From Trichodesmium erythraeum IMS101 (GTDB lineage: Bacteria; Cyanobacteriota; Cyanobacteriia; Cyanobacteriales; Microcoleaceae), in the NCBI RefSeq assembly GCF_000014265.1, contig NC_008312.1, positions 1,710,001-1,742,000 on the forward strand: a DNA stretch of 32,000 nucleotides. The letters are read 5' to 3'. Under the pieces are notes generated by a model. That model did not search any database, was not told where the DNA came from, and saw only the letters and a list, made by a program, of their open reading frames with translations. Of this stretch, positions 1 to 9,599 are shown piece by piece. Each line of letters opens with the position of its first letter. The stretch's first letter is position 1. The position numbers and the translations under genes are program-made.

Positions 1-1734
1 GATGATAAATCTTCCTTTTAAATCTGGAAGAACCTTTATTTCATCAAGCACCTTGTATAATTCTGAATACTGCTCCCAGTCGTATGACTGACCATTGCAT
101 AACAACCAACCTTCAGGGGCTGTTAAACCTGCATAAGGAACAATTGTCCCTACAGGAACGACCCAGCCAGTGCTATCTTTAATTCGTCCACACCCAACTT
201 CTAGGTTACCTTCCTGATCAAGCAGCATCTGTGTGCGACCCCCATCACCAGGGGTTGTACTTGTTTCTTCATGACTACCTCCTAGATACCAAGCAAAGTA
301 TCCGTTTGTTCGGAAATAAGTGGTATTGCCTTGTGTTCCAACTCCATACTCTGGACCCCATAAGTTAATTCTTTGTCCAGTCTGACCACTTTTGGCAGGA
401 AATTGCAAATCACCGCGCGATGTTAATTCCATCAAGGGTAAGTCATTTTTCTGTTTATAAAATTTGACAGATATATCATCATTTGATGTATCGGTATCAG
501 ACCGAAAAATCAAAGTGCCCGTGTGGTTAATTTCCCCTGGAGCATCTAGACTAATCCCATCTTTCACGGTGAGAAGTCCATCTAATGATTTGTTGGTTCC
601 TATGCGGACTTTCTCATCAAAAACTAAGGGAGCTTTTTCAATTTGACAAACAAATTGTCCGTCTCGGTAACCATCAATATATTGATAGCGTAAATACAGG
701 TTAGTCTCTCCTGTGGGGTGCGCTGTAGTAATACCATCCAAGTTAATTAACAAGGTTTCTTGCGAGTTTAAGACCACATCAGATTCTTGAGGAATAAACG
801 TCCATTCCAAAGCCTTAGTTTGACCGTTAACCTGAATTTCTTCCGGACCATCACTAAGTTGCTGCCAATTATTAATAGTAATATTAACACCATTGACATC
901 ATCTTGAGTACCTAATGCCCAAGGAACCGAATCTTTATCTCCTACTTCTAAAACAATCACTAACTGAGAACATTGATCCGAGTTTGCATTATAATTAAAG
1001 GTAATTGCTGAGTTATCTGCATTTGAAAGATTTGTGTTAGTAATTCGCAGTTGCAGACGGCTATTGTTATCGTGGGTATTGAAAACTTTATTAGAACCCA
1101 CAAAACCGACATAGAGAGGGATGTTAGATTTTCCAGATGTTTTTTTCATTTCTAATGTTAGGGTAGTTGTTGTATCATACGAATCATCTTGTCCAGGGAA
1201 TTTAACTTCCGCTATGCTAATGTTTTTCTCTCCAATTATCCAGTTAATGTTGACATCAGCGACTGCTCTGGCGCTAGCACTGTTATTAGCCAAATCAATA
1301 ACCTCTGTTAAGATAGCCTCTGTAGCACTGTTATTAGCCAAACCAGCAACCCCTGTTAAGATAACCTCTGTTTCTTGACCAGGGTTGAGGATTATTGGTG
1401 CTTCTGTCCACAATAAATACAAACACACATAGTTAGGATCTGTTTTGATATAAAGTGACCAACTTTCGGTTTCTTCAATCTTAATTTGGTCGGGATCAGC
1501 TAAAATTCCTGGCTGAAACGTTAATTTAAAATGATAATGTTCAGCACTAGCTATCGTTACCTCTGGAATGGAAGCAATTGTGATAACCTTATCAGAAAGA
1601 GTATTTCTGAGACCAATATGGAGTGGGGTAACTGTCTCAGGTGTTCCTAACAGTAAACATTGGCAATATTCTTCCTCATCTTCGTCTTCTGGCTCATAAC
1701 ACCAGAAAAACTCAAACGGCATTATGGGTGACAT
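1..1734 (-). CDS. Tail-fibre-like protein with C-terminal phage tail-collar domain. The 5' end is complete and the 3' end runs off the left window edge (at least 578 aa).
   Basis: Absent from the ORF track because it has no stop inside the window. I scanned all + strand triplets in frame 1 (1-3 ... 1732-1734) for TTA/CTA/TCA, the minus-strand stops, and found none. ATG at 1734-1732 has GAAGGA about 10 nt upstream; the in-frame upstream stop is at 1755-1753. The translated end, VPVGTIVPYAGLTAPEGWLLCNGQSYDWEQYSELYKVLDEIKVLPDLKGRF, fits the Phage_Tail_Collar (PF07484, MdpB-type) pattern G.I..fag...P.GWl.CdGq...y..L...lPDLrGRf. Confidence 0.85.
   Translation of the reverse strand, partial: MSPIMPFEFFWCYEPEDEDEEEYCQCLLLGTPETVTPLHIGLRNTLSDKVITIASIPEVTIASAEHYHFKLTFQPGILADPDQIKIEETESWSLYIKTDPNYVCLYLLWTEAPIILNPGQETEVILTGVAGLANNSATEAILTEVIDLANNSASARAVADVNINWIIGEKNISIAEVKFPGQDDSYDTTTTLTLEMKKTSGKSNIPLYVGFVGSNKVFNTHDNNSRLQLRITNTNLSNADNSAITFNYNANSDQCSQLVIVLEVGDKDSVPWALGTQDDVNGVNITINNWQQLSDGPEEIQVNGQTKALEWTFIPQESDVVLNSQETLLINLDGITTAHPTGETNLYLRYQYIDGYRDGQFVCQIEKAPLVFDEKVRIGTNKSLDGLLTVKDGISLDAPGEINHTGTLIFRSDTDTSNDDISVKFYKQKNDLPLMELTSRGDLQFPAKSGQTGQRINLWGPEYGVGTQGNTTYFRTNGYFAWYLGGSHEETSTTPGDGGRTQMLLDQEGNLEVGCGRIKDSTGWVVPVGTIVPYAGLTAPEGWLLCNGQSYDWEQYSELYKVLDEIKVLPDLKGRFII
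1275..1370 (-). repeat. 2 x 48-bp in-frame tandem duplication inside the tail-collar gene
   Basis: TAGCACTGTTATTAGCCAAA recurs at 1275 and 1323 (offset 48). It encodes TEVILTGVAGLANNSA / TEAILTEVIDLANNSA. Confidence 0.85.
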
Positions 1735-2153
1735 AAACTTAGTTCCTTCATATTAGTTATAAGTTGTATAGTATGCTTGATGACACTATATTGTTATTCT
1801 TTGATTAAGTCAATAGAGCTGTCGCTAAACAGAGGGAAAAATCGCTCTAACTTAGACGGAGCAAAAGTTTTATTTTTCTTGTTTTCCAATAGCTACAATC
1901 TTTGCTGAACTTGGTTTTAGGTGATTTTTTAAGTGATAAAGCGACAAGTCTAATGCTCCCCTTATACTAAACTTAACCCAAACTTACATGGATCAGGAAT
2001 TACATAGGCTTTGGAGCTAGCTTCAGTGTTTCACGAATATAGCACTGACCGCAGTCTATAGCTTACCTATTCTATAATCTAGGCTTTAAATTGCTCTTAA
2101 CTTAAGCCAAATAAAATACATAGTACTCTAAGTTGACAGCAGCATTAGAATCT

Positions 2154-5100
2154 TTAGGTTAATTTAATGAGGGGGGCAAAGACGAAACTATTAGCGATCG
2201 CCTCAGCCTCATCCTCATTCATATCCACTTGATAAACATCCCAGCCCAAAGCGGCTAAAATCTTGTTACGTTGTTCATTACTGCCTACTGTTTGCATAAT
2301 TTTATTTCGTTTATTTTCTTCATCTAAGTTGGGATTAGGCACAAAGGGGGTACAAGACTCCCAAAGATAAGCATCCTCAACCTTTTCAGTCTCATACTGT
2401 AAATGTTCAACTCCAATTTCATGAGTTTTACCTGCTTTAGGGAGTTCTGCTGGTAGAATGCGGAAACCAAAGAACACATTCTCTATAAATTGCTTCCCAT
2501 TGACTTCAGGGGGTTTAATATGACCATTCACCATATTAGGTTCTCCCCAAGTAGAAGTGGATGCAAGTTTAGTGATAGGTTCAAACTTAAACTTGTCTTC
2601 TGCTCTTTCTCTGGAGTCTTTACAAATTGTCACCTTATGGGTAGTGTCCAATTCATTATTATCCACTCCCATTGAATTAATACCAAAATTAGTATCTGTA
2701 TTAATTTCTTTCTTCTGTTCTCCAACAAACGCTTGTTTTGTAGGAACTAAGCTATCAGTACTCATTTCAAAAACAGTGGGATTAATAATCCAAACTTCCT
2801 TTTGTTCTTCTTTTCTTGTTGGTTCAAGAACTTGTTTGACTAACCCATTAATAGAGGTGAGACTACAAACATTTTCGGGTTCAGGTAAAAAGGTGTCCTC
2901 AAACTCATCCCATTTAATGGGCACTGGATAAATGGAACTTTGATCCCCAATTTTAATAGTAACTTTGCACACAAAAACACGAAGCTCTAATTTACCGCCA
3001 AAGTCAGGGCCCCAGATATGAACCCCCATACCTAAACCTACCGAAAGTGCACCAACACCTACCCTGACAGAGCAGTAAACATTCACATCATAATGATAGG
3101 GTGCCCAACCGAGGAGTAAATCAAGTCCTGCCTCAAAATGGGCCCAAACTGACCCCAGTTGATAGCGAATGTCCATCAGTCCTCCGGCCATGATCCCGTG
3201 ACCACAGATAGCAAAATAAGCCTGAGCAGTAATATGGGAATGACTGTCAATTTGCCAATTCAAGCCCAGTCGAGGCACATTAGGGTAATAATCAGGCACT
3301 TGAAAGCGAGGATGATAACCCCCTTGAGTAAATACAAAATCACCCAAAAACCATAACCCGTAAGCAAAGCCACCCGTTAACCGACAATTGCGACTAAAGA
3401 TGTAGGAATTTTCCGTCAGTTGTCCTTGAATTAGAATCACCCCTTCCATTGGGTTGAAGCGGCCAGCGATCGCTAATTCCGCCATAGCGATCGGTTCATA
3501 ATTGTCTTTTAGTTTAGTGGGTAACATCATTGTGGCAATACCCAGTAAGTTAATTTCAAACTCATTCTGACTTATTCCCAGAGTAATTAACCCAAACCCA
3601 TCGACAATTTTACAGCCAGTAAATTTCAGTCCGAGCGCCCCAAACCCAGAGCCAATAGAGGGGGGAATATATTTATTTAAGGCCTCCAATTTTTCAGTAA
3701 TAATTTCTCCTGTTTGATCAGGATCAATTTTTTGAGGTCCTTTTAGAGCTTCAGTAACTAGGGGAAACTTTTTAATATCTTCAAGGGGCGGAATAATTAA
3801 GTCATGGTTATAGCCAAACCCACCAGAGATTCCGGTAACAAAGAAGAATGGGGGACCACCGAAGGGATAATCTGCTGCTAAATAGAGAAATAGGGCAAAT
3901 TGGTCACTATTCTGATAATCAGTAAAAGAACCAATAGCAGAAAGGGCTAAGGCAGGGCCAACTTTCTTTTGAAAACTTACAGTGACTATTCCTAAATATT
4001 CATCATAGTTGTTCTGCCCTTCTGCTCCATGTGCTACTAGGAAAGCACCCCCCATTTCCAAACTGCGGGTTTTTAATTCCAAACCAAAGCCATCAAGATT
4101 AAAGTGAGGCTTAAAAGCAGTTAAACCACTACTAATATACAGTCCATTTAGTGCCAGAGTAAAGCGAGAGACCTCAATAATAAATTTCGGGGTCAGACGC
4201 ATTTCGCCTTTTGTGTAAACTAGTCCTACTTTATCGAAGTAAAGCGGTCCAAAAGATTTTTGAATATTTAACCAAACCCCATTATCTGCTAGGGTAATTA
4301 CTCCATCTGAGCTGACGTTACCACTGTCATTATTTGTTGTTGTGGTCAAACTACGACTACCCCCTGCAGCAGTGGGAGGCGTTTTAACTAAAGGTAATAA
4401 CCAAGCTTGAACAAACTGAGCAATTTTTTTATAAACCAGTCCTACCTTTTGGAAGTAAAGCCGTCTAAAGAGTTTTTGAGTATTTAACCAAGCTCCATTA
4501 TCTGTAGGGGTAATTACTTCATCTGAACTGACCTTACCACTGACATTATTTGTTGTTGTGCTCAAACTACGACTACCCCCTGCAGCAGTGGGAGGCGTTT
4601 TAACTAAAGGTAATAACCAAGCTTGAACAAACTGAGCAATTTTGAAGTGTGCGCCAATACTTGCCCCTCTTTCTAGATTGTTAATAGAACTACAAGGGGG
4701 TTTAATTAGTAACTTGGTACCCAGTTCTTCTAGTAAGCTATTAATGGTTTTAACTTCTTTTTGTGTAAATTTTTGGAAGGAAACTAAAAATTCAAAAGCA
4801 AATTCACCTTCTAGGGAATTAGGGGGAAGTAAAGACCCGGCTAATGGAATATCACTCAAGGCAATTTCTGCATCAAAGCCAATGCTAAATAGCATTTTAT
4901 TTTGATTTCTTTGACCATTATTTGTGCTATTAATAACAAAAATAACATCCGAACCCAAAGAAAAATTCAACAATTCATCAGGAAATAGATCAGTTAATGA
5001 TGGACAAATTTCACTAACTAAATTTGATAAATTAACATTACCCAGATTTTGGTTAGCATTAGCATCTAATGAACCTACCACTAATTTAGTATTTTTACCG

Positions 5101-5477
5101 GATTCAGTTTTAGTTTGATAATCTAAACGAAAGACAAGAGCTCCTGTTGGTTTTATTGGAATTGATAAAGATCCCCCATATACACCTTTGTAATTATTTC
5201 CATTATCATCAGTTTTGATCTCAATTACCAGGCTACCACTGAGTTCTTTAGTGGTTAAGCCCTGGCCCTCATCTTGTTCAATGGCAATGGTAACACCTAA
5301 CGTAAAAGTAAAATTGTTCTGATCTTGGGTGCAGCTTGCTTGCCTAAGAGTAAAGATATCAATGGTATTTAAACTAACATCATCAAATAAAAACTCTGTC
5401 TGAATTAAATTAATAAAAGCTTGAATGTCATTTAGTCCTGCTACAATTTCAGCATCAATATTAGGAGATTTTTGCAT
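2154..5477 (-). CDS. Large (1107 aa) beta-rich hypothetical protein, possibly DUF6603-like in the C-terminal half
   Basis: Long uninterrupted ORF from the track. No signal peptide, TM helix or catalytic motif recognised. The motifs GGPPFFFVTGISGGFGYN and GGYHPRFQVPDYYPNVPRLG recall DUF6603-family proteins, from memory and unverified. GGGGAA lies about 14 nt upstream of the ATG. Confidence 0.85.
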   Translation of the reverse strand: MQKSPNIDAEIVAGLNDIQAFINLIQTEFLFDDVSLNTIDIFTLRQASCTQDQNNFTFTLGVTIAIEQDEGQGLTTKELSGSLVIEIKTDDNGNNYKGVYGGSLSIPIKPTGALVFRLDYQTKTESGKNTKLVVGSLDANANQNLGNVNLSNLVSEICPSLTDLFPDELLNFSLGSDVIFVINSTNNGQRNQNKMLFSIGFDAEIALSDIPLAGSLLPPNSLEGEFAFEFLVSFQKFTQKEVKTINSLLEELGTKLLIKPPCSSINNLERGASIGAHFKIAQFVQAWLLPLVKTPPTAAGGSRSLSTTTNNVSGKVSSDEVITPTDNGAWLNTQKLFRRLYFQKVGLVYKKIAQFVQAWLLPLVKTPPTAAGGSRSLTTTTNNDSGNVSSDGVITLADNGVWLNIQKSFGPLYFDKVGLVYTKGEMRLTPKFIIEVSRFTLALNGLYISSGLTAFKPHFNLDGFGLELKTRSLEMGGAFLVAHGAEGQNNYDEYLGIVTVSFQKKVGPALALSAIGSFTDYQNSDQFALFLYLAADYPFGGPPFFFVTGISGGFGYNHDLIIPPLEDIKKFPLVTEALKGPQKIDPDQTGEIITEKLEALNKYIPPSIGSGFGALGLKFTGCKIVDGFGLITLGISQNEFEINLLGIATMMLPTKLKDNYEPIAMAELAIAGRFNPMEGVILIQGQLTENSYIFSRNCRLTGGFAYGLWFLGDFVFTQGGYHPRFQVPDYYPNVPRLGLNWQIDSHSHITAQAYFAICGHGIMAGGLMDIRYQLGSVWAHFEAGLDLLLGWAPYHYDVNVYCSVRVGVGALSVGLGMGVHIWGPDFGGKLELRVFVCKVTIKIGDQSSIYPVPIKWDEFEDTFLPEPENVCSLTSINGLVKQVLEPTRKEEQKEVWIINPTVFEMSTDSLVPTKQAFVGEQKKEINTDTNFGINSMGVDNNELDTTHKVTICKDSRERAEDKFKFEPITKLASTSTWGEPNMVNGHIKPPEVNGKQFIENVFFGFRILPAELPKAGKTHEIGVEHLQYETEKVEDAYLWESCTPFVPNPNLDEENKRNKIMQTVGSNEQRNKILAALGWDVYQVDMNEDEAEAIANSFVFAPLIKLT
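4213..4644 (-). repeat. 2 x 216-bp (72-aa) in-frame tandem duplication inside the 1107-aa gene
   Basis: ACAAACTGAG occurs at 4411 and 4627, and TAAAC at 4216 and 4432 (offset 216 in both cases). The protein copies are KIAQFVQAWLLPLVKTPPTAAGGSRSLSTTTNNVSGKVSSDEVITPTDNGAWLNTQKLFRRLYFQKVGLVYK and KIAQFVQAWLLPLVKTPPTAAGGSRSLTTTTNNDSGNVSSDGVITLADNGVWLNIQKSFGPLYFDKVGLVYT. Confidence 0.95.
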
Positions 5478-5546
5478 AATTTTAGTTCCCCAAAAAGCAT
5501 GTTTTGATTGTTCATTTGTATCACATTATTAGCCTGTCTGATTCAT

Positions 5547-5566
5547 CTCACACCATTTGGTGTGAG
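5547..5566 (-). other. Perfect 8-bp stem / 4-nt loop hairpin in the spacer between the 1316-aa and 1107-aa genes
   Basis: CTCACACC attt GGTGTGAG. No U-tract follows on the minus strand, so it is more likely an RNA stability or processing element than a terminator. Confidence 0.4.
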
Positions 5567-5602
5567 GCTCAATAGCGACTTCAGCTAAATAGAATAGAAA
5601 GG

Positions 5603-5617
5603 TAGCCCAGAGGGCTA
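5603..5617 (-). terminator. Weak candidate intrinsic terminator just after the 1316-aa gene stop
   Basis: The minus strand reads TAGCCC tct GGGCTA followed by CCTTTCTATTCTATTT. The stem is only 6 bp. Confidence 0.3.
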
Positions 5618-5630
5618 GCCCACAAGTGAG

Positions 5631-8600
5631 TTATTCATCTGTGATGTTGGCTCGACTAAGTTGCAACCATCCTTCCAAGGCTTCTTGCATTTGAGTAAAT
5701 GTTGCTCTGGTGTTAATAGGTTTAATAGTTGCTCTTTCCGTCCATTCTTCCCCGTTCTCTGACTTAGTTAACGATACCCAAGACCAAGTTGCATTAGCTT
5801 CTGGAGATAAAGGCATGGCTAGTTCCCCAGAATTAGACAAAATGGGAGTAGAAAGGAAGTTCACCTCCATTTTCTCTAAGGCTTGGTTATAATGCTCGGA
5901 GGGTAAACGCAATTCTTGATTAGGTAAAACACCACAAGAAGCATGAACTAAGCCCCTGGGGTCAATTAACATTGTTACGCTTTGGGGTTCAGCATCCACG
6001 TTTTGCAGAAAGTGAACGATTCCCTCACTATCGGTAATAATGTTGTTACTATCTACTAAATTGCTTTGAGTGGCATAGAAGATATTGTTTTCATATTCAT
6101 AATCGCCCTCTATCCCGTTGGCCTTGGGTATTTCTTTCCAATAACCCACCAGTCCATCATTGAGTTGTTGATAATCCCCTAAGCGAATGGGAACTTGTAC
6201 TCCTGTAAAACCATAAGAAGGAAATTCATTTTCTTCCTGAACCAGAACCGTCGGATCACAAGCGGGTAAACCTTTTACCTCTAAACTAAAAGTGGCTCTA
6301 ACAATAGCCATCGGTCGTCCGACTAATAAGGCTAAACCGGTATTTTGAGCGAAACTTTCGGGGTCAATGGTTTCTAAGGCATTATCCACAGTAGAAAGAA
6401 ACTGCTGTTGAAAATCTTTCCCTTGTTCTAAAAGATGGTGAGCCAACTTCTGTAGATGATCATTTCCTAACAGAGGATAACCATTATGATCACGAGATAG
6501 TTTTACTCCTGGGGCATTACGCCAATTTCCCAGTAAATCAATGGAGCCCAAACTGCGACCTTGATTATCATAGATAGCTAGGTTACTATCCAAATTATTA
6601 GGAACAATCCAACCACAAACAGGTGTCCTGGCAGGGATTTTAGTATATTCAACTTCCTGTAAGGCATCTGCTGATAACCAATGGAAGTTAAGACGGGAGG
6701 ATTGAGCAATACGGGGAGGTAAAATGGCTTGATAATTCACAGAATTTTTATCGGCTGGGGTCATTTGATAAGTTGTGACAATTTTAGTATTCTGATTGGA
6801 ATCATTAACGACTTCTTGGTATTGTCCGAAGGTATCAATTAACCACAACTTCTTAACTGAAAATCCACCACTACGAATCGGGTTAAAAATATCACCTGAG
6901 AGAATTTTGTGTTGTAGCCTATTCCCTAAACTCCAACGCACTTGTTCTGTAACTAGTTGGCCAATATTATCAGTATCAAGGGGATCATCTACTTGTAGTT
7001 GTAGTGTCGGTTGTCCTAATAAAAGAGTATCATTGAAACCACCAAGCATTTGTGCCTGACAATCTAGTGTTTTCATCTTTCTATAAGCCCACAAAGCTAT
7101 AAAAGTAGGATCGGCTGCCTGTTGTTCTTGTATCTCTAATTGATTTTCCTCTTGATACCAGTTGGTAATTTCATCTAAATTATCATCCAAATAGTTTGAG
7201 GTTTGATCTTTTTCAGAAATATTATTTTTGGAGTAGTAATTAGGCAGTAATTGTTCATTGAGGTAAGTGCTCAGTCTTAGGATTAACTCTGTTCCCGCCG
7301 ATGGGGTTAAAATACTAAACCCACTGTACGTATTACCATTGGAGATAAAGCTGCTTTCTTTTCCATCTCTAAGTTTCAAATCAATGGCATTTTTTTGCAA
7401 CTCATAGTTATCCAAAATCTGATTAGAGTTATAGTCTTGAACTGTTGAAGACTCTATATCACGACAAGGATAGTTCAGAACGGACCAATGGAAAGCAAAA
7501 GGATTCCAAGGTTGTTGAGTCCAAGTGATGAAATTAATCGATTCTTTGCTCTCATCAGGTTGTAAGCTATTTATTTGATTCAGTAGATCCTGATGATTAT
7601 TGAGAATTTCTGTAATATCAAAATCTAAAGGAATACATTCCAATAAATCGTCATCGTGTAACCGTCCATCTTGTCCAAACCGTAGGGGTGATTTTGTCGA
7701 TTCCCCTGCTAATAAAATAACAGGATCATTGCCTCGCCAGTAACTTTGAGTTGGAAAGGTCCGAAGTTGATATTGAGTGGCTGAATTTTCGTTATAAGTT
7801 GTTATGGCTTGGGATAACTCATTAAGTTTCTTGACCAGATTAAAGGCAACTTGAGCCTCACTCGGTGGAATATAAATAGTAAAAATACCGCCTTCGACTT
7901 TGACAGGATAGGTTAGTCCATTATCTTGTATTTCCCATTCTTGATCATCAATAATCTTGGAGACAATTGGGCTATCCGATATTTCTACCCCACAGTTCTT
8001 AAATTCAACTTGTATGTCTTCCCATTTGTTAAAAGAGCTGTTAGTGGCTAGTTGCATAGTATCCACATAATTACTGAAATAAGTATTTAACCAAGATAGA
8101 ATGCCAAACGGTAAGGTTTTACTAGTAACTGTAGTGTTTCCTTTCTCGTCTTGAGTAAATTCTAATTCTCCCGTTTTAGCGATCGCTGTTCGTAAGGGAA
8201 TTAGACTTGTTTTATTGAATATCTGGTAAAAATTGGTAGGACTTGTTTTATGTGTAATAGAGTAATACCACTGAGTATACAAGCGATCGCGCAATGAACC
8301 AATATCTAACCAAGCCTGATTATAGTCTTCTTGGAGCGCGTTCAATTCATTTAATAACTGAGCAAGATGATCGGGAAGTAAATCTAAACTAGTTTTTGTG
8401 TTGGGTTGTTCGAGTTGGGAAGATCGAGGCATCAATAACCACAAAACACCCTCATTTTGTGCCCCAAATCCTCTTTCCTGTCGACCTTCTCGGAATTTAG
8501 CATCAAGATCCAGTTTTCGAGATTCCAAGCGCTCTGATAAATGTAACGTTTCTAAGGTATCCTGAATACTTTTACGGACAGTTTTTCCCGAGTCATTAGT

Positions 8601-9581
8601 ATCCCCATTAAATTCCTGGGCTAAATAAGCAGAAATAGCTTCTGAGTCTGAATTGCCAATGGCAAGAGTGGGTGTTTCCAAAGTTGGCCAATTCCCTGCC
8701 CCGGTAAAAGTTATGCGAGAATGATAAAGAGTGCGATGTAGTATATCTTTTACACCTTCAAAAGTCCAATAAAACTGCTCTTGTAGAGCTTGTAAGAATT
8801 CTTCAGCTGTTGTACAACTATTAGCTTCGACAAACTGTTTTAAACAGTCGTCTTCTGCATCACTATACCAACCAATTACATCATATTGTAAGTCTTTAGG
8901 AGGTGTATCAGTTTCAAAATCAGGATCATGAAACCCAAAAACACTATAACAGTTAGGATAAAAGGCTGCAAAGGTAGCTTTAACTTCATCAAAAATAGGG
9001 ATGGTTGCCTGGTTGCCCATAGCGGTTAATTCTTCAGCATATTCTGGGTTTTCACCACCTTCTTCTGGCCACTGACTTAATTCCCAACATTTCCCCATAT
9101 AACGATACCGTTGGTATTGATAAGTATCAGGCTTTTTGGGATCAACGGTTGCTAGATCAGGGGGTTGAATGAGAATATTAATGGCATTTGGTGGACTACT
9201 ACTACTATCATTCGGATCTAACTCAGGGTATAAATAGTCACTTTCAATAACCCAAGTTTTCTCTTCTGTTTCTCCCCCTTTACGTACAATTAACCAACGG
9301 TTGGGAACTACTGGAAAAGTTGTTCCATTACTGTCGTGCTGTCCATTTGTTAGAGCATCAGGTAAAGACCAATGGAGATGGATTCCTTTTTTCAGGGTAA
9401 ATTCGTGGTTAAATAATGGGCCTAAAGCTGTTTTACTTAAATTTTCGCTTCCTGAGTTGTAAGTATGCTCCTTATATTTATAAGGCAATAACGTATAGTC
9501 AACCATAGCTCTGACAGCTTGTTTATCCTCTTTTAAACATAGAGCATCAGTATGGATAGGAACTAGTAAGGTTTTACTCAT
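5631..9581 (-). CDS. Very large (1316 aa) hypothetical protein, no recognisable domain
   Basis: Long ORF from the track. The N-terminal motif is HLHWSLPDAL...FPVVPNRWLIVR. I found no Walker A, HExxH, signal peptide or TM segment. It shares strand and locus with the two genes downstream. Confidence 0.85.
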   Translation of the reverse strand: MSKTLLVPIHTDALCLKEDKQAVRAMVDYTLLPYKYKEHTYNSGSENLSKTALGPLFNHEFTLKKGIHLHWSLPDALTNGQHDSNGTTFPVVPNRWLIVRKGGETEEKTWVIESDYLYPELDPNDSSSSPPNAINILIQPPDLATVDPKKPDTYQYQRYRYMGKCWELSQWPEEGGENPEYAEELTAMGNQATIPIFDEVKATFAAFYPNCYSVFGFHDPDFETDTPPKDLQYDVIGWYSDAEDDCLKQFVEANSCTTAEEFLQALQEQFYWTFEGVKDILHRTLYHSRITFTGAGNWPTLETPTLAIGNSDSEAISAYLAQEFNGDTNDSGKTVRKSIQDTLETLHLSERLESRKLDLDAKFREGRQERGFGAQNEGVLWLLMPRSSQLEQPNTKTSLDLLPDHLAQLLNELNALQEDYNQAWLDIGSLRDRLYTQWYYSITHKTSPTNFYQIFNKTSLIPLRTAIAKTGELEFTQDEKGNTTVTSKTLPFGILSWLNTYFSNYVDTMQLATNSSFNKWEDIQVEFKNCGVEISDSPIVSKIIDDQEWEIQDNGLTYPVKVEGGIFTIYIPPSEAQVAFNLVKKLNELSQAITTYNENSATQYQLRTFPTQSYWRGNDPVILLAGESTKSPLRFGQDGRLHDDDLLECIPLDFDITEILNNHQDLLNQINSLQPDESKESINFITWTQQPWNPFAFHWSVLNYPCRDIESSTVQDYNSNQILDNYELQKNAIDLKLRDGKESSFISNGNTYSGFSILTPSAGTELILRLSTYLNEQLLPNYYSKNNISEKDQTSNYLDDNLDEITNWYQEENQLEIQEQQAADPTFIALWAYRKMKTLDCQAQMLGGFNDTLLLGQPTLQLQVDDPLDTDNIGQLVTEQVRWSLGNRLQHKILSGDIFNPIRSGGFSVKKLWLIDTFGQYQEVVNDSNQNTKIVTTYQMTPADKNSVNYQAILPPRIAQSSRLNFHWLSADALQEVEYTKIPARTPVCGWIVPNNLDSNLAIYDNQGRSLGSIDLLGNWRNAPGVKLSRDHNGYPLLGNDHLQKLAHHLLEQGKDFQQQFLSTVDNALETIDPESFAQNTGLALLVGRPMAIVRATFSLEVKGLPACDPTVLVQEENEFPSYGFTGVQVPIRLGDYQQLNDGLVGYWKEIPKANGIEGDYEYENNIFYATQSNLVDSNNIITDSEGIVHFLQNVDAEPQSVTMLIDPRGLVHASCGVLPNQELRLPSEHYNQALEKMEVNFLSTPILSNSGELAMPLSPEANATWSWVSLTKSENGEEWTERATIKPINTRATFTQMQEALEGWLQLSRANITDE

Positions 9582-9599
9582 AACTTTTTTAGGTTTTAT

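Noticed and set aside
464-1378. Track ORFs 464..646 and 1121..1378 on the + strand
   Set aside because: Both are antisense to the long open tail-collar frame. The repetitive peptide of 1121..1378 simply mirrors the 48-bp duplication.
2490-7059. Short + strand ORFs nested in the giant minus-strand genes (2490..2675, 2557..2931, 3159..3356, 4642..4905, 4924..5118, 5710..5892, 6796..7059)
   Set aside because: All lie fully inside much longer, compositionally coherent minus-strand ORFs. None has a recognisable motif or ribosome-binding site.
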